From assembly GCA_964580065.1 (NCBI GenBank), contig CAZOJE010000002.1, positions 66,978-130,977 on the forward strand: a stretch of 64,000 nt of DNA. The letters are read 5' to 3'. Under the pieces are notes generated by a model that saw only the letters and a list, made by a program, of their open reading frames with translations, did not search any database and had not been told where the DNA came from. A program made the translations under genes and the position numbers. Position 1 is the first letter of the stretch; each line of letters opens with the position of its first letter. This stretch comes from an uncultured Candidatus Saccharibacteria bacterium (lineage in GTDB: Bacteria > Patescibacteriota > UBA1384 > DTJR01). Of this stretch, positions 39,276 to 51,022 are shown piece after piece.

Positions 39276-39821
39276 TTATGCTCCTGCACCTTTGACCGCT
39301 TTTCCAACTTTGCGGATAATCTTCTCGTCAGCATACTTAATGCCTTTACCCTTATACGGCTCTGGTTTTTTGATTTTTCTGATTTCGGCCGCCATTTGCC
39401 CAACCGCTTGCTTATCAATTCCGTTGACACAAATAGTATTCTTTTTCACCTCAAAGCTTACGCCATTCTTCGGTTCGACAACAACTTCGTGTGAAAAACC
39501 AACCTTGAGGATTAGATTTTCGTCTTCAACTCTGGCGCGATAGCCGACACCAACAATTTCCAGCTTCTTAGTATATCCCTTTGTTACACCTTCAACCGCA
39601 TTAGCAATAAGCGCTCGGGTCAAACCGTGGAGCGATTTAGCTAATTTGGTTTCATTAATTCGGCTGACTTTGACTTCCTGATCGGCACAGTCAACCTTAA
39701 CCAGTGGATGAACCGGCACTTCTAACTGACCTTTTTCGCCCGATATCGTCAAAAGACCGTTCGTTTGGGTCAAACTAACCGATTCTGGCAACTCAATTTT
39801 TTTGTTTCCTACTCTGCTCAT
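39276..39821 (-). CDS. rplF: 50S ribosomal protein L6
   Basis: Conserved two-domain L6. Confidence 0.95.
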   Translation of the reverse strand: MSRVGNKKIELPESVSLTQTNGLLTISGEKGQLEVPVHPLVKVDCADQEVKVSRINETKLAKSLHGLTRALIANAVEGVTKGYTKKLEIVGVGYRARVEDENLILKVGFSHEVVVEPKNGVSFEVKKNTICVNGIDKQAVGQMAAEIRKIKKPEPYKGKGIKYADEKIIRKVGKAVKGAGA

Positions 39822-40199
39822 TTAAAAAACCTCGCAAATTATCTCGCCGCCAACTCCGGCTCTTTTTGCTTCTCGACCGCTCAATACTCCCGAAGGAGTT
39901 GATAAAATTACCGTACCAAAACCATTCTTTGGTCGAGGAATATTGGCTGATTTAGCATACAATCTTCGTCCGGGCTTGCTAACTCTTTTAATTTTATTGA
40001 TCTGTTTTTTGCCTCCCAGCATCGCAACCTTAATTGAAGCATTTTCTTTGTTATCTTCAAAGCCAGCGATATAACCTTCGCGCTTTAAGGCACCGAGAAT
40101 AGCAATTTTCATCTTGGAAAACGGCACCTCGAAAAATTCTTTACCCAAAACGTTGGTATTGTTTATTCTATTGATCAAGTCTGCAATCGTGTCTGTCAT
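39822..40199 (-). CDS. rpsH: 30S ribosomal protein S8
   Basis: MTDTIADLINRINN... Confidence 0.95.
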   Translation of the reverse strand: MTDTIADLINRINNTNVLGKEFFEVPFSKMKIAILGALKREGYIAGFEDNKENASIKVAMLGGKKQINKIKRVSKPGRRLYAKSANIPRPKNGFGTVILSTPSGVLSGREAKRAGVGGEIICEVF

Positions 40200-40205
40200 A
40201 TCACC

Positions 40206-40391
40206 TCACCATGAAGATTTAATTACGCCCGGTATTTCGCCTTTGGAAGCAAGCTCCCTAAAGCAAATTCGACAAATGCCAAAATCGCGCATATATCCTC
40301 GGGATCTACCGCATTTTCCGCATCGGCGAATAATTCTCGTCGAGAATTTCGGTTTTCTTTGTGCTTTTATAATTAATGCTTTTCTCGCCAT
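40206..40391 (-). CDS. rpsZ: 30S ribosomal protein S14, type Z (zinc-binding, 61 aa)
   Basis: [25 protein letters not shown]. Confidence 0.9.
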   Translation of the reverse strand: MARKALIIKAQRKPKFSTRIIRRCGKCGRSRGYMRDFGICRICFRELASKGEIPGVIKSSW

Positions 40392-40399
40392 GAATCTCC

Positions 40400-40933
40400 T
40401 TACTTAAAGATGAAACCTATTGCTTTTAGGTACTCTCTGGTCATCTCGGCGTTATCAAAATTTTTTCCGCTAATTGTAATGCTCATGCCCCAGTTTTCTT
40501 TGATTTCGTCTGGTTTAACTTCAGGGAAAATCGTCTGATCTTGAAGACCGATCGTAAAATTACCCTGTCGATCAAATTTTTGGCTGCTAATCCCTTCAAA
40601 ATCTCTGATTCTCGGTAAGGCAACATTGATAAATCTTTCCAAGAAGTCCCACATTCTGCCATTCCTTAGGGTTAAGCAGTAGCCGATCATTTGGCCTTCT
40701 CTTATTTTAAAACCAGAAACTGATTTTTTTGCCGCTGTCCATTTGGGTGCTTGACCGAAAATTTGAGTCATTTCTTTTTTAACCAAAGCTAAAATTTCTT
40801 TGCTTTCTTTAAATTTGCCCAAACCAACATTGATGGTAACTTTTTGAATTTCCGGCAATGCCATAGGATTGGCGGAATATTTCTTTACCAACTCCGGTTT
40901 GATTTGTTTTACCACCATTTCTTTAAGCCGCAT
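40400..40933 (-). CDS. rplE: 50S ribosomal protein L5
   Basis: [19 protein letters not shown]... The start is taken after the rplX stop. Confidence 0.9.
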   Translation of the reverse strand: MRLKEMVVKQIKPELVKKYSANPMALPEIQKVTINVGLGKFKESKEILALVKKEMTQIFGQAPKWTAAKKSVSGFKIREGQMIGYCLTLRNGRMWDFLERFINVALPRIRDFEGISSQKFDRQGNFTIGLQDQTIFPEVKPDEIKENWGMSITISGKNFDNAEMTREYLKAIGFIFK

Positions 40934-41246
40934 CGACAACCTCCCCGCATTTTTTGCAAATTCTTCTTTTATGCGTACCTTCATTTTTAAAGCTGATTCG
41001 AGTCGCTTTTTTGCAACCCGGGCAAACCACCATCAAATTAGAACTATTGACGGGTCTTGTAATGTCAATAATTCCACCTTGAGGATATTTCTGTGAAGGT
41101 TTAGCGTGTTTTTTAAATTTATTAACACCGTCGACAGCAATCATTCCGCTGGCTGGGTTGACACTTACAACTTTGCCCGACTTGCCGCGGTCCTTACCGG
41201 ATAAAACCAACACCGTATCGTTTTTCTTTATTTTTACATTATTCAT
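40923..41246 (-). CDS. rplX: 50S ribosomal protein L24 with a C-terminal Cys4 zinc-ribbon extension
   Basis: KOW motif (VLVLSGKDRGKSGKV) followed by CPGC...CKKCG. Confidence 0.9.
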   Translation of the reverse strand: MNNVKIKKNDTVLVLSGKDRGKSGKVVSVNPASGMIAVDGVNKFKKHAKPSQKYPQGGIIDITRPVNSSNLMVVCPGCKKATRISFKNEGTHKRRICKKCGEVVDAA

Positions 41247-41614
41247 CAGACAACCTCTTTCGCCATCGAAATAATCTTCATATAACCCCGTTCCCTAAGT
41301 TCTCTGGCAATTGGGCCAAAAACACGTGTCCCCTTTGGGGTTTTGTCATTATTCACTAAAACAATTGCATTTTCGTCAAACCTAACCATCGTGCCGTCCT
41401 TGCGTTTTAACGGTTTTGTTTGTCTTACGATCACCGCTTTGTGGATTTCTTTCTTCTTCACCGATCCCCTGGGAGAAGCTGATTTGATCGAAACAGTAAT
41501 CATATCACCCACTTCGGCAAATTTTGAACGGCCGCGGCGATAAACGCTAATGCAGCCGGCTTCTTTTGCGCCGGTATTATCAGCTACCTTTAATCTTGTT
41601 ATTTGTTGAATCAT
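41246..41614 (-). CDS. rplN: 50S ribosomal protein L14
   Basis: MIQQITRLKVADNTGAKE... Confidence 0.95.
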   Translation of the reverse strand: MIQQITRLKVADNTGAKEAGCISVYRRGRSKFAEVGDMITVSIKSASPRGSVKKKEIHKAVIVRQTKPLKRKDGTMVRFDENAIVLVNNDKTPKGTRVFGPIARELRERGYMKIISMAKEVV

Positions 41615-41844
41615 TTTATTACTCTACTTACCTTAAAAGATTTTGTTTTTGAAGTTGGTCGGCACTCTTCGATTTCGATTATTTCACCCAGTTTGGCCAT
41701 GCCATTTTCGTCATGAACATGCATTTTACGAGTAATTTTATGCATTTTCAGATATTTCGGGTGTTTCTCGTAAATATCAAATTGTATTGTAACGGATTTT
41801 TGCCCTAATTTAACAACTTTTCCGCTTAATTTCTTTTTAGCCAT
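41611..41844 (-). CDS. rpsQ: 30S ribosomal protein S17
   Basis: OB-fold S17; position. Confidence 0.9.
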   Translation of the reverse strand: MAKKKLSGKVVKLGQKSVTIQFDIYEKHPKYLKMHKITRKMHVHDENGMAKLGEIIEIEECRPTSKTKSFKVSRVIK

Positions 41845-42058
41845 TTTTTACCTCATTTTCTTGGTACAGTTTCTCTGATATAAGGGTTTCGATCCAAGCA
41901 ATTTTTTTCTTAATTTCTTTAAGTTTATTAGTGTTTTTTTCTGACTTAGAGAAATTTTCGGCTCTTTGATTGATTTTTTCAATTTCAAGAGTCTTTCTTT
42001 GGTTCAGCAAAGAAGGAATGTCTTGTTTTTTTAAGTTGTCTAATTCTGTTTTTTTCAT
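41837..42058 (-). CDS. rpmC: 50S ribosomal protein L29
   Basis: Small helical protein between rplP and rpsQ. Confidence 0.8.
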   Translation of the reverse strand: MKKTELDNLKKQDIPSLLNQRKTLEIEKINQRAENFSKSEKNTNKLKEIKKKIAWIETLISEKLYQENEVKNG

Positions 42059-42059
42059 T

Positions 42060-42467
42060 TTAATCTTTAACTATATAAGCTGTTTTAAAAGGTAACTTGC
42101 TTGAAGCCAAGCGCATTGCTTCTTTGGCAGTAATCGGATCGACACCGTCAAGCTCGAAAATAATTCTGCCCGGTCTGATTACGCTAACAAAATGATCCGG
42201 ACCGCCCTTTCCGCCACCCATACCAACTTCGTCTGGTGTTTTCGTAACGACTTTATCAGGGAAAACGCGAATCCAAATCTTTCCGCCTCTTTTGCAATAT
42301 CTGGTCATGGCCCGTCTGGCGGCTTCGATTTGTCTTGAAGTCAGCCAACCACGCTCCAATGATTTAATGGCGTATTTGCCAAAATTAATTTCGCTGCCCC
42401 TAATATCTACTCCGGGCATCTTACCGCGAAAGTGTTTTCTGTATTTTAATTTTTTTGGAATTAACAT
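42060..42467 (-). CDS. rplP: 50S ribosomal protein L16
   Basis: [17 protein letters not shown]... Confidence 0.95.
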   Translation of the reverse strand: MLIPKKLKYRKHFRGKMPGVDIRGSEINFGKYAIKSLERGWLTSRQIEAARRAMTRYCKRGGKIWIRVFPDKVVTKTPDEVGMGGGKGGPDHFVSVIRPGRIIFELDGVDPITAKEAMRLASSKLPFKTAYIVKD

Positions 42468-43099
42468 TATTTTCCTTCTTCACCAAGACTAATCCATACC
42501 TTAACACCGATTGTGCCGAAAGTGGTGGGGGCATGATAAATACCATAACTTATATTCCCGCGCAAAGTTGAAAGCGGAACCGATCCTTCTTGAAACTTTT
42601 CGCTTCTGGCAATTTCTGCACCGCCAAGACGCCCAGCGACAATAATTCTAGCGCCGCTCGCGCCAGCCGTCATAATTCTCTGCAAAGATTGCTTACAAGC
42701 CCTTCGAAAAGGCATTCTCTTGGAAAGTTGAATGCCAATTGTTTGGGCGACAACCATGGCGTCTAAATCGGCTTTCTTAACTTCAACAATTTCAATTTTA
42801 AACTTTTTGTTAATTTTCTTGGTAATTTGTTCGCGCAACATCTCTAATTGCTTGCCACCACGACCGATAATCATACCCGGCCTGGCCGATTTAATAATAA
42901 TGGTCAGTCGGCCCAAGCCCCTTTCGATGACAATTTCGGAAATTCCGGCTTGTGGACCCATTTTTTTATAAATAAGCTCTCGGATTTTGATGTCCTCAAG
43001 AATATTGGCGGCATAATCGCTACCTTTAGCGAACCATTTGCTTTTCCAATTTTTGTCAACGCCCAGTCTGAATCCGATTGGATTTACTTTTTGTCCCAT
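42467..43099 (-). CDS. rpsC: 30S ribosomal protein S3
   Basis: [13 protein letters not shown] start and a KH domain. The ORF track start at 43153 overlaps rplV. Confidence 0.95.
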   Translation of the reverse strand: MGQKVNPIGFRLGVDKNWKSKWFAKGSDYAANILEDIKIRELIYKKMGPQAGISEIVIERGLGRLTIIIKSARPGMIIGRGGKQLEMLREQITKKINKKFKIEIVEVKKADLDAMVVAQTIGIQLSKRMPFRRACKQSLQRIMTAGASGARIIVAGRLGGAEIARSEKFQEGSVPLSTLRGNISYGIYHAPTTFGTIGVKVWISLGEEGK

Positions 43100-43100
43100 T

Positions 43101-43493
43101 TTATTTTCCTGCCTTGTCCGCTTTAGTTTTCTTAGCCGTTTCTTCTTGTGCAATCGGCTCGATTTTAGCTAAAGCTATTTTAATGTGTGACATTCTTTTG
43201 TAATATCTTGTCGATCTGCCGCGGGCGCGAATAAACATTCTCTTTAACTTTCTTCCCTCTTGGCAGATGGCTTCGCAAACAACTAATTCGTCTTTTGAAA
43301 AACCTTTTTTGCTTGCCGCGTCGAAGGCACTATTTAAAAGATGAAGGACGATTTTTGATGTCTTTTTGTTTAAAAACGTAACTTCATCAATCGCTTTGCT
43401 TAATTCCTTTCCTCTAATTAAATCAACCACTAATCTGGCCTTTTTCGGGCTAACTCTTTGATCTCTGGCTGAAGCTTTCGCTACTGTCAACAT
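43101..43493 (-). CDS. rplV: 50S ribosomal protein L22
   Basis: Conserved L22; position. Confidence 0.9.
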   Translation of the reverse strand: MLTVAKASARDQRVSPKKARLVVDLIRGKELSKAIDEVTFLNKKTSKIVLHLLNSAFDAASKKGFSKDELVVCEAICQEGRKLKRMFIRARGRSTRYYKRMSHIKIALAKIEPIAQEETAKKTKADKAGK

Positions 43494-43774
43494 TACGCGT
43501 TCCCTTTCTTTTCTTGTTCCTTAGCCATTTTTCCACCATGTCGTCTGAATTTTCGAGTTGGAGCAAATTCGCCCAAGCGGTGGCCAATCATTTCTTCCGA
43601 AATTTTAACAGGAAGATGCTCTTTGCCATTATGAATAGCAATTGTCAGGCCAATCATTTCCGGAACAACCATTGAATCCCTTGACCACGTTCGAATAACA
43701 GTCGATTTATCGGCTTTGGTAACTTTTTCCATTAATTTCTCGTCAACAAAAACGCCTTTTTTCAGTGATCTCAT
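43493..43774 (-). CDS. rpsS: 30S ribosomal protein S19
   Basis: [14 protein letters not shown]... Confidence 0.95.
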   Translation of the reverse strand: MRSLKKGVFVDEKLMEKVTKADKSTVIRTWSRDSMVVPEMIGLTIAIHNGKEHLPVKISEEMIGHRLGEFAPTRKFRRHGGKMAKEQEKKGNA

Positions 43775-43776
43775 GA

Positions 43777-44604
43777 TTACCTTCCCTTTGACCTCTTAAC
43801 AATAAACTTATCAGACTTTTTATTCCTTCGGGTTTTTTTACCGATCGCGACTTTACCCCAAGGAGTTTTCGGATATTTCAAACCAATTGGGTTAACACCT
43901 TCACCGCCGCCATGCGGGTGTGATTTCAAACTCATAACTTTTCCACGAACAGTCGGGCGAATATTCATTTTGCGCTTTCGTCCAGCTTTTCCGATTCGGA
44001 TATTAGAGTGATCGGGATTGGACATTTGTCCGATCGTGGCATAACATTTGGCATTAATTTTTCTGGTTTCGCCAGAAGGCATTTTCAAAAGGGCATAATC
44101 ACCTTCAAGCGCTAAAATCGTCGCTGAAGACCCCGCTGATCGGGCAATGTATTTTTTGCTTTCGGGATATAATTGAATGTCGCAAACCTGCATACCTGAA
44201 GGAATGTCTTTCAGCATCGAGCGATCGCCCGGATTAAAATCTTCATTTTTATTAGCTTTAATAGTTTGGCCAACGGTGAGTTTTTCTGGAGCCAAAACAT
44301 ATTTCTTGGTACCGTCGCGCAACTCAAGCAAAGCTAAACGCGCCGTGCGATTTGGGTCGTAATCTATTCTCAAAACTTTTGCTTCACCGTCCGAAATCGA
44401 CTCCAGTGTTGAAACAATTCTGTAAAGACGTTTAGCGCCGCCGCCTTTATGACGCGAGCTAATGTGACCGAATTGGTCCTTACCAACTGATTTTTTGATT
44501 TTTGTTACCAATGATCGCGGCGGTTTTTCCTTCGACAAAAAAGACCTATCTTCAAAGCTTTGATTAACGTAACCCGATGACATCGTTTTAATAACTTTAA
44601 TCAT
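43777..44604 (-). CDS. rplB: 50S ribosomal protein L2
   Basis: ...[24 protein letters not shown]. Confidence 0.95.
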   Translation of the reverse strand: MIKVIKTMSSGYVNQSFEDRSFLSKEKPPRSLVTKIKKSVGKDQFGHISSRHKGGGAKRLYRIVSTLESISDGEAKVLRIDYDPNRTARLALLELRDGTKKYVLAPEKLTVGQTIKANKNEDFNPGDRSMLKDIPSGMQVCDIQLYPESKKYIARSAGSSATILALEGDYALLKMPSGETRKINAKCYATIGQMSNPDHSNIRIGKAGRKRKMNIRPTVRGKVMSLKSHPHGGGEGVNPIGLKYPKTPWGKVAIGKKTRRNKKSDKFIVKRSKGR

Positions 44605-45013
44605 TTTTCTCTTTCGCTTGCTTATCTTTGACTGTTTTTACTTTGGTTTTTACTTGTGTTTTAACTTCAGCATTCTTGGCTTCTGCTTTATTCTTGGTTT
44701 CGGTTTTTGCGTCAGCTTCTTGCGATTTAGATAATTCTTCGGCAAAAGTCTGGAAACCCGGAATGGTTTGTTTTTTATCTAATTTAATAATGGCTTTTTT
44801 ATAGCCCCTTTCTTTTTGATAACCTCGAATTTTTTTCGCCACAATCAATTTCTTTGTTGATGTTCTAATGGCGAGCGGGGTTACTTTAAAAACTATCTTT
44901 ACAGCCGCTAAGATTTTTTCCTTGGTGTAATCCATAGGAACCAACAAAGTATATTCACCCTTGGTGGATTGACTGACTGATTTTTCGGTAATTAGTGGCT
45001 TAATATTATACAT
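44597..45013 (-). CDS. rplW: 50S ribosomal protein L23 with a K/E-rich C-terminal extension
   Basis: L23 core; tail ...[25 protein letters not shown]. Confidence 0.85.
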   Translation of the reverse strand: MYNIKPLITEKSVSQSTKGEYTLLVPMDYTKEKILAAVKIVFKVTPLAIRTSTKKLIVAKKIRGYQKERGYKKAIIKLDKKQTIPGFQTFAEELSKSQEADAKTETKNKAEAKNAEVKTQVKTKVKTVKDKQAKEKND

Positions 45014-45626
45014 TTTTAACTCTTTGGCTTATTTCCTCAAACGATTTTTTGGAAAAAAGAAATAATCTCTTTTTCATCAAATCACTGATATGCAAATTAT
45101 TGGTTGAATAAAACTCGGTTGCCGGCAAATTCTCAAACGGTTTGATGGCTAATTTTTCTTCTGTCGAGCTGATTACGGCAATACCAACAGCCGGAGCAAT
45201 TTTTTCCAAAATCTTGGCCGCATCTTTAGTTTTGTTCGATTTTACTTCAAAGGCTTCGATAACGGCAATATCTTTAGCTCTGAAAGACAGCATTTGGAGC
45301 ATTGCCAAACGTTTCATCTTGACTGGAATAGCCAAAACTTTTGAAACGCCGGTTGGACCAAAAGTTATACCGCCACCAGACCAAATTGGCGATCGGTTGG
45401 AGCCAGCTCGCGCGCGGCCCGTTCCTTTTTGCTTAAATGGTTTGCGGCCACCGCCAGAAACCTCACCTTTTGTCTTGGTGCGTCCATTCTTGGTCATAGT
45501 GTGATTTTGCTCAACCCGAATAACTTGAGAAACAAGTTTTTTGTTCAATTTAGCTTTTTCCGAAGAAACCTCGAGTTTTACCTCGTCGATTTTCTCGCCC
45601 TGTTTGTTATAAAGTGGAAATTTCAT
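45006..45626 (-). CDS. rplD: 50S ribosomal protein L4
   Basis: Conserved L4; position. Confidence 0.9.
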   Translation of the reverse strand: MKFPLYNKQGEKIDEVKLEVSSEKAKLNKKLVSQVIRVEQNHTMTKNGRTKTKGEVSGGGRKPFKQKGTGRARAGSNRSPIWSGGGITFGPTGVSKVLAIPVKMKRLAMLQMLSFRAKDIAVIEAFEVKSNKTKDAAKILEKIAPAVGIAVISSTEEKLAIKPFENLPATEFYSTNNLHISDLMKKRLFLFSKKSFEEISQRVKNV

Positions 45627-46225
45627 TATTTTTCAAGAATTAATTGCGCTTTATTGGCACCGGGAATTGATCCTTTAACCCAAATTCTGCCTTTTTCGGC
45701 TTCGATTCTAACAACTTCTACGTTTTTTAACTTAATATTTTTTGCCCCCATGTGGCCACCCATACGACGGCCAAGAATCGTTCTTTGGGGATAGGTTGGG
45801 CCAATTGAACCCGGCTGACGATAATTATCTGATCCATGGGTCTTCGGACCAGTGGCGAAACCGTGTCTTTTAACGGTACCGGCGAAACCTTTTCCTTTGG
45901 TAACAGTATAAACCGTCAGTTTGTCGCCAACGGTAAAGTCTTTGGCGCTGATTGGCGAACCGACCGACAAAGATTCGTCTGTTCCGGATTTGCTTTCTTT
46001 AATTTTGACGATATTGGGAAATTTTTTAAACTGACCCACAACAGATTTTCGGCCAACAGTGCCCTCTTTAACAAGAGCGAAAATATCGCTTTCGTAGCCA
46101 TCTTTTTCTACTGTTTTTTTGCCAATTAAAACTGATCCGAGCAAATTCAAAATCGTCACGGCTTTTTGTTCGCCGCGATCGTTGTAAATCTGCGTCATGG
46201 CTAATTTTGTTGCGAATGTTTTCAT
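45626..46225 (-). CDS. rplC: 50S ribosomal protein L3
   Basis: Conserved L3. Confidence 0.95.
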   Translation of the reverse strand: MKTFATKLAMTQIYNDRGEQKAVTILNLLGSVLIGKKTVEKDGYESDIFALVKEGTVGRKSVVGQFKKFPNIVKIKESKSGTDESLSVGSPISAKDFTVGDKLTVYTVTKGKGFAGTVKRHGFATGPKTHGSDNYRQPGSIGPTYPQRTILGRRMGGHMGAKNIKLKNVEVVRIEAEKGRIWVKGSIPGANKAQLILEK

Positions 46226-46367
46226 TTTCTAAAACTTTTAAAATAAACTTGGCCCAAAATGTGCTTTTTCAAAAAGCAATTATTTGGGCTCGAGCCATCT
46301 ATGGAAAGACAGCTAGACGATCCCGACTTACTTTATTTAAAGTACTGTCGGGACGCGTCTAATTATC

Positions 46368-46685
46368 TTACGTTTTTATCTCAATGTCAACGCCTGCAGG
46401 AAGTTCGATGCTCATCAGTTGGTCAATTGTTCTTGAAGTAAGACTGACAACATCGAGAAGTCTTTTGTGAACCCTAATCTCAAACTGATCTCGACTGTCT
46501 TTGTGAACGAAGGTTGACTTCAAAACAGTCGTTTTTCTGATTTCTGTTGGAAGCGGGATTGGGCCAACTGTTTTGGCACCCGATCGCTCAACAGTATCAA
46601 TGATGTGTTTGACTGATTTATCAAGAATACGATAATCGTAACCTCTTATTTTGATTCGAATTTTCTGGTTTTCTTCCTTTGGCAT
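46368..46685 (-). CDS. rpsJ: 30S ribosomal protein S10
   Basis: MPKEENQKIRIKIRGYDYRILD... Confidence 0.95.
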   Translation of the reverse strand: MPKEENQKIRIKIRGYDYRILDKSVKHIIDTVERSGAKTVGPIPLPTEIRKTTVLKSTFVHKDSRDQFEIRVHKRLLDVVSLTSRTIDQLMSIELPAGVDIEIKT

Positions 46686-46715
46686 GATTTGAATGTGCTA
46701 ATTATTATTTTTCTT

Positions 46716-47900
46716 TTATTTGATGATCTTGGTAACAACGCCGGCCCCAACTGTTCGGCCACCTTCTCTGATAGCAAATTTCATTTTTTCTTCCATTGCT
46801 ACCGGAGCGATGAGCTTAACGGTTAGGTCAACTGTGTCTCCCGGCATAACCATTTCAACGCCGGCTGGAATAGCTGTTACTTCGCCTGTTACATCAGTTG
46901 TTCTGATATAAAACTGCGGTTTGTAACCCTTGGTGAATGGTGAATGACGGCCACCTTCATCTTTGCTTAAAATATAAGCTTGGGTTTCGAATTCAGTGTG
47001 AGGTGTTACGGAGCCCGGTTTGGCTAAAACTTGACCTCTTTCAACATCGTCTCTTTCAATTCCTCTCAAGAGAACGCCAACATTGTCTCCGGCTCTACCT
47101 TCATCAAGCATTTTTCTGAACATTTCAACGCCGGTAACAACGGTTTTCTTGGTTGGTTTCAAGCCAACGATTTCAACTTCCTCATTAACCTTAACGATAC
47201 CTCTTTCAATTCTTCCGGTAACAACTGTACCGCGGCCTTTGATCGAGAAAACGTCTTCAATGGCTAACAAGAACGGTTTGTCAGTGGCTCTTTCTGGATC
47301 AGGAATATAATCATCAAGGGCCTTAACCAGATCTAAAATAGCTTGTTCTGACTCTGGATCGCCTTCAAGAGCTTTAAGAGCTGAACCCTTGATAACCGGT
47401 GTTTCGTCGCCCGGGAAATTATATTTAGTTAAAAGTTCCCTGACTTCGATTTCAACTAGATCCAAAAGCTCTTTATCGGAAACCATGTCAACTTTATTCA
47501 AGAAAACAATAATCCTCGGAACGCCAACTTGATTGGCCAAGAGAATGTGTTCTCTTGTTTGAGGCATCGGACCGTCGGCAGCGGAAACAACTAGAATAGC
47601 CGCGTCCATTTGAGCCGCACCGGTAATCATATTTTTGACATAGTCGGCGTGTCCCGGGCAGTCTACATGGGCATAATGCCTTTTTTCTGTTTCATATTCT
47701 TCGTGAGAAGTAGCGATTGTAATGCCCCTTTCTCTTTCTTCTGGAGCATTATCAATATCTTCAAACTTTTTCGCTGAAGCTAACCCTTTCTTTGAAAGTA
47801 CTTGGGTGATAGCAGCTGTAAGGGTGGTTTTTCCGTGGTCAACGTGGCCAATAGTACCAACGTTGACGTGGACTTTTGACCTATCAAATTTTTCTGCCAT
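46716..47900 (-). CDS. tuf: Elongation factor Tu
   Basis: [23 protein letters not shown]-motifs. Confidence 0.97.
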   Translation of the reverse strand: MAEKFDRSKVHVNVGTIGHVDHGKTTLTAAITQVLSKKGLASAKKFEDIDNAPEERERGITIATSHEEYETEKRHYAHVDCPGHADYVKNMITGAAQMDAAILVVSAADGPMPQTREHILLANQVGVPRIIVFLNKVDMVSDKELLDLVEIEVRELLTKYNFPGDETPVIKGSALKALEGDPESEQAILDLVKALDDYIPDPERATDKPFLLAIEDVFSIKGRGTVVTGRIERGIVKVNEEVEIVGLKPTKKTVVTGVEMFRKMLDEGRAGDNVGVLLRGIERDDVERGQVLAKPGSVTPHTEFETQAYILSKDEGGRHSPFTKGYKPQFYIRTTDVTGEVTAIPAGVEMVMPGDTVDLTVKLIAPVAMEEKMKFAIREGGRTVGAGVVTKIIK

Positions 47901-47979
47901 TTATTTCTCCTTTTTACTTTTTTACCAATAAAAAATCGCCATTTGGAATAATATACCTAAAAAATGCTCAAGTGTCAAC

Positions 47980-50079
47980 TTATTTTCCCTGTCTTTTCTC
48001 TATTAACTGTTGAGCAATATTTCTTGGTACTACTTCATATCGATTAAATTCCATAGTGTAACTTGCTCTGCCTTGAGTTAATGATCTAAGACTGGTAGCA
48101 TAACCAAACATTTCGCCCAAGGGAACAAATGCGGGAATCGCTTTAGCATTGCCCCTGTCTTCCACCGTGCCAATTTGAGCTCTCTTTGAATTGAGATCGC
48201 CAAGGACATCACCCATGAATTCTTCTGGGGTGACAACTTCAACTTTCATGATTGGCTCAAGCATGACCGGATCAGCATTTTTGACTGCTTCCTGAATAGC
48301 CATTGAACCTGCAATTTGGAAAGCTAGTTCCGAAGAGTCAACCTCATGATAGGAGCCGTCATAAAGGACAACGTCAACGTCAATAACCGGATAACCCGAA
48401 ATAACACCTTTGTTAAGAGCTTGCTCCACACCTTTTTGAACAGCAGGAATAAATTCTTTCGGAATCGAACCGCCAAAGATTTTGTTCACAAATTCGTTAC
48501 CCTCACCTCTTTCTCGAGGAGAAACTTCGATTAAAACGTGACCATATTGTCCGCGCCCACCAGATTGTCTGATAAATTTACCTTCGGCTTTAGTGCCTTT
48601 GGTAATTGTCTCACGATATGCTACTTGCGGCGCGCCCACATTTGCCTCAACCTTAAATTCACGCTTTAATCTGTCAACGATAATCTCCAAGTGGAGTTCA
48701 CCCATACCAGAAATCAAAGTTTGGTTCGTTTCCTGATCGGTTTTAATCCTGAAAGTAGGATCTTCTTCAGCCAGCTTCGACAAAGCCATACCCATTTTGG
48801 TTTGATCGGCTTTAGTTTTTGGCTCAATTGCAATTTCGATTACGGGTTCGGGGAATTCGATTGACTCTAAACGAACTTTACGATTTTGGGTGCAAAGCGT
48901 ATCGCCAGTAGTGGTATTCTTGAGTCCAACAATGGCAACTATTTCGCCCGCGTAAACTGCTTCAACATCTTCGCGATGATTAGCGTGCATGCGTAAAATT
49001 CGCCCCACTCTTTCTTTTTCGTTATTAGTCGCGTTGATGATGTAGCTACCCGCTTCAAGAACGCCTGAATAAACGCGAACAAAACAGAGCCGGCCGACAA
49101 AGGGATCGGTGGCAATTTTAAAAGCGAGGGCGCAAAACGGTTCTTCATCAGAAGTGACAATTTCTATTTCTTCGTCGGTGCCGGGCTTTGTTGCCACAAC
49201 CGAAGGAACATCAAGCGGATTCGGCAAATAATCGACAACGGCATCAAGAAGCAATTGAACACCTTTATTTTTTAAAGCTGAACCGGTTAAAACGGGAACA
49301 ATTTCATTTTTAATCGTTGCTTGTCTAAGGCCTTTTCGCAAAGATTCTTCATCGAGATCGTTAGTTTCAAGATACTGCTCAAGTAATTTCTCGTCTGTTT
49401 CAGCAACTTTTTCTACCAATTTAACCCGCCAATTTTTCGCTTCTTCCAACATTTCCTGCGGAATTTCTTGCTCTTCGGCCGCTTGACCAAGATCGCCTTT
49501 GAAAATAAAAGCTTTCATGTGGACGAGATCAACTAATCCTTGAAATTTTTCTTCAGAACCAATTGGAATTTGAACCGGAATGGCTTGATTTCCTAGTCGA
49601 TCGAGAATTGATTGATAGGCCTTAAAAAAATCAGCGCCTGTACGATCGAGTTTATTAACAAAGCAAATTCGCGGAACATGGTATTTATCAGCTTGACGCC
49701 AAACTGTTTCAGATTGCGGCTCAACACCAGCGACACCATCAAAAACAACCACGCCGCCATCGAGAACCCTTAGAGAACGCTCCACTTCAACCGTGAAATC
49801 AACGTGGCCGGGTGTATCAATGATATTAATGCGTGTTTTCTCATCTTCGTTATGCCTTGGGGCCCAAAAGCAAGTTGTTGCCGCTGAAGTAATCGTAATG
49901 CCGCGTTCTCTCTCTTGCTCCATCCAGTCCATTTCGGCTTGACCTTCATGAACCTCGCCAATCTTATGCTTTTTGCCAGTAAAGAAAAGAATGCGCTCCG
50001 TAACAGTTGTCTTGCCTGCATCAATATGAGCGATTATTCCAATGTTTCTTGTTTTTTCGAGCGAATATTCTCTTGGCAT
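47980..50079 (-). CDS. fusA: Elongation factor G
   Basis: [21 protein letters not shown] and EF-G domains III-V. Confidence 0.97.
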   Translation of the reverse strand: MPREYSLEKTRNIGIIAHIDAGKTTVTERILFFTGKKHKIGEVHEGQAEMDWMEQERERGITITSAATTCFWAPRHNEDEKTRINIIDTPGHVDFTVEVERSLRVLDGGVVVFDGVAGVEPQSETVWRQADKYHVPRICFVNKLDRTGADFFKAYQSILDRLGNQAIPVQIPIGSEEKFQGLVDLVHMKAFIFKGDLGQAAEEQEIPQEMLEEAKNWRVKLVEKVAETDEKLLEQYLETNDLDEESLRKGLRQATIKNEIVPVLTGSALKNKGVQLLLDAVVDYLPNPLDVPSVVATKPGTDEEIEIVTSDEEPFCALAFKIATDPFVGRLCFVRVYSGVLEAGSYIINATNNEKERVGRILRMHANHREDVEAVYAGEIVAIVGLKNTTTGDTLCTQNRKVRLESIEFPEPVIEIAIEPKTKADQTKMGMALSKLAEEDPTFRIKTDQETNQTLISGMGELHLEIIVDRLKREFKVEANVGAPQVAYRETITKGTKAEGKFIRQSGGRGQYGHVLIEVSPRERGEGNEFVNKIFGGSIPKEFIPAVQKGVEQALNKGVISGYPVIDVDVVLYDGSYHEVDSSELAFQIAGSMAIQEAVKNADPVMLEPIMKVEVVTPEEFMGDVLGDLNSKRAQIGTVEDRGNAKAIPAFVPLGEMFGYATSLRSLTQGRASYTMEFNRYEVVPRNIAQQLIEKRQGK

Positions 50080-50115
50080 ACTTTACTCCAAAATTAAGCC
50101 CCCTTCCGAGGATGT

Positions 50116-50592
50116 TTATCTGATCTTAGCAAAATGAGCAAATGCCTTATTGGCTTCCGCCATTTTGTGAGTATCGATTTTCTTCTTGAATGCGGCACCA
50201 GTGCTATTTATCGAGTCAACAAATTCGGCCGCTAATTTTTTAGACATTTGAGCGCCTTTGCGATCTCTGGCGGCGTTAATAATCCAGCGCATCGCTAAAG
50301 CGGTTCTTCTCGGTTCCCTAACGTCCATCGGGATTTGATAGTTAGCGCCGCCAATACGTCGGCCGCGAACCTCAACAGACGGGGCCACAGAATTCAACGC
50401 TAAATTGAAAACGTCTAATGGCTCACGTTTTAACTGCTTGGACGCTATTTCCAGCGCATCATAAACTATCCCTTGGGCCGTTTCCTTTTTGCCGTCGGTC
50501 ATTATATGATTAATAAATTTCGTTACAGTGGTTGAATTATAGACACTGTCCGGCAAAATTGTTTGTTTTTGATATTTTGATCTTCCTCTCAT
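50116..50592 (-). CDS. rpsG: 30S ribosomal protein S7
   Basis: Conserved S7. Confidence 0.95.
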   Translation of the reverse strand: MRGRSKYQKQTILPDSVYNSTTVTKFINHIMTDGKKETAQGIVYDALEIASKQLKREPLDVFNLALNSVAPSVEVRGRRIGGANYQIPMDVREPRRTALAMRWIINAARDRKGAQMSKKLAAEFVDSINSTGAAFKKKIDTHKMAEANKAFAHFAKIR

Positions 50593-50594
50593 GA

Positions 50595-51014
50595 TTAACC
50601 TTCTGCTCTCTTTGCACCATACTTACTTCGGCTTCTTTTTCGACCACCCACACCTTGAGTATCAAGTTTTCCTCTGATTATGTGATATCGAACACCGGGA
50701 AGATCCTTAACTCTCCCGCCTCGCAACATAACAACCGAGTGCTCCTGCAAATTATGTCCAATTCCAGGAATATAAGCGGTAACTTCTTGGCCGTTCGTCA
50801 AACGTACTTTGGCAATTTTGCGCAAAGCCGAATTCGGTTTTTTCGGTGTCATTGTGGTTACTTTAACGCAGACGCCTCTTTTGAACGGATTTGAAGTAGC
50901 GGCTGTTTTTGGCTTGTTTTTGAGAAAATTAAAATTTCTCGCCAAAGCCGGGGTATTGCTTTTCTTACTTTGAACTTTTCTTTTTGTTCTAACTAATTGA
51001 TTAATTGTTGGCAT
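50595..51014 (-). CDS. rpsL: 30S ribosomal protein S12
   Basis: PTINQLVR...[10 protein letters not shown]. Confidence 0.95.
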   Translation of the reverse strand: MPTINQLVRTKRKVQSKKSNTPALARNFNFLKNKPKTAATSNPFKRGVCVKVTTMTPKKPNSALRKIAKVRLTNGQEVTAYIPGIGHNLQEHSVVMLRGGRVKDLPGVRYHIIRGKLDTQGVGGRKRSRSKYGAKRAEG

Positions 51015-51022
51015 TATATATC

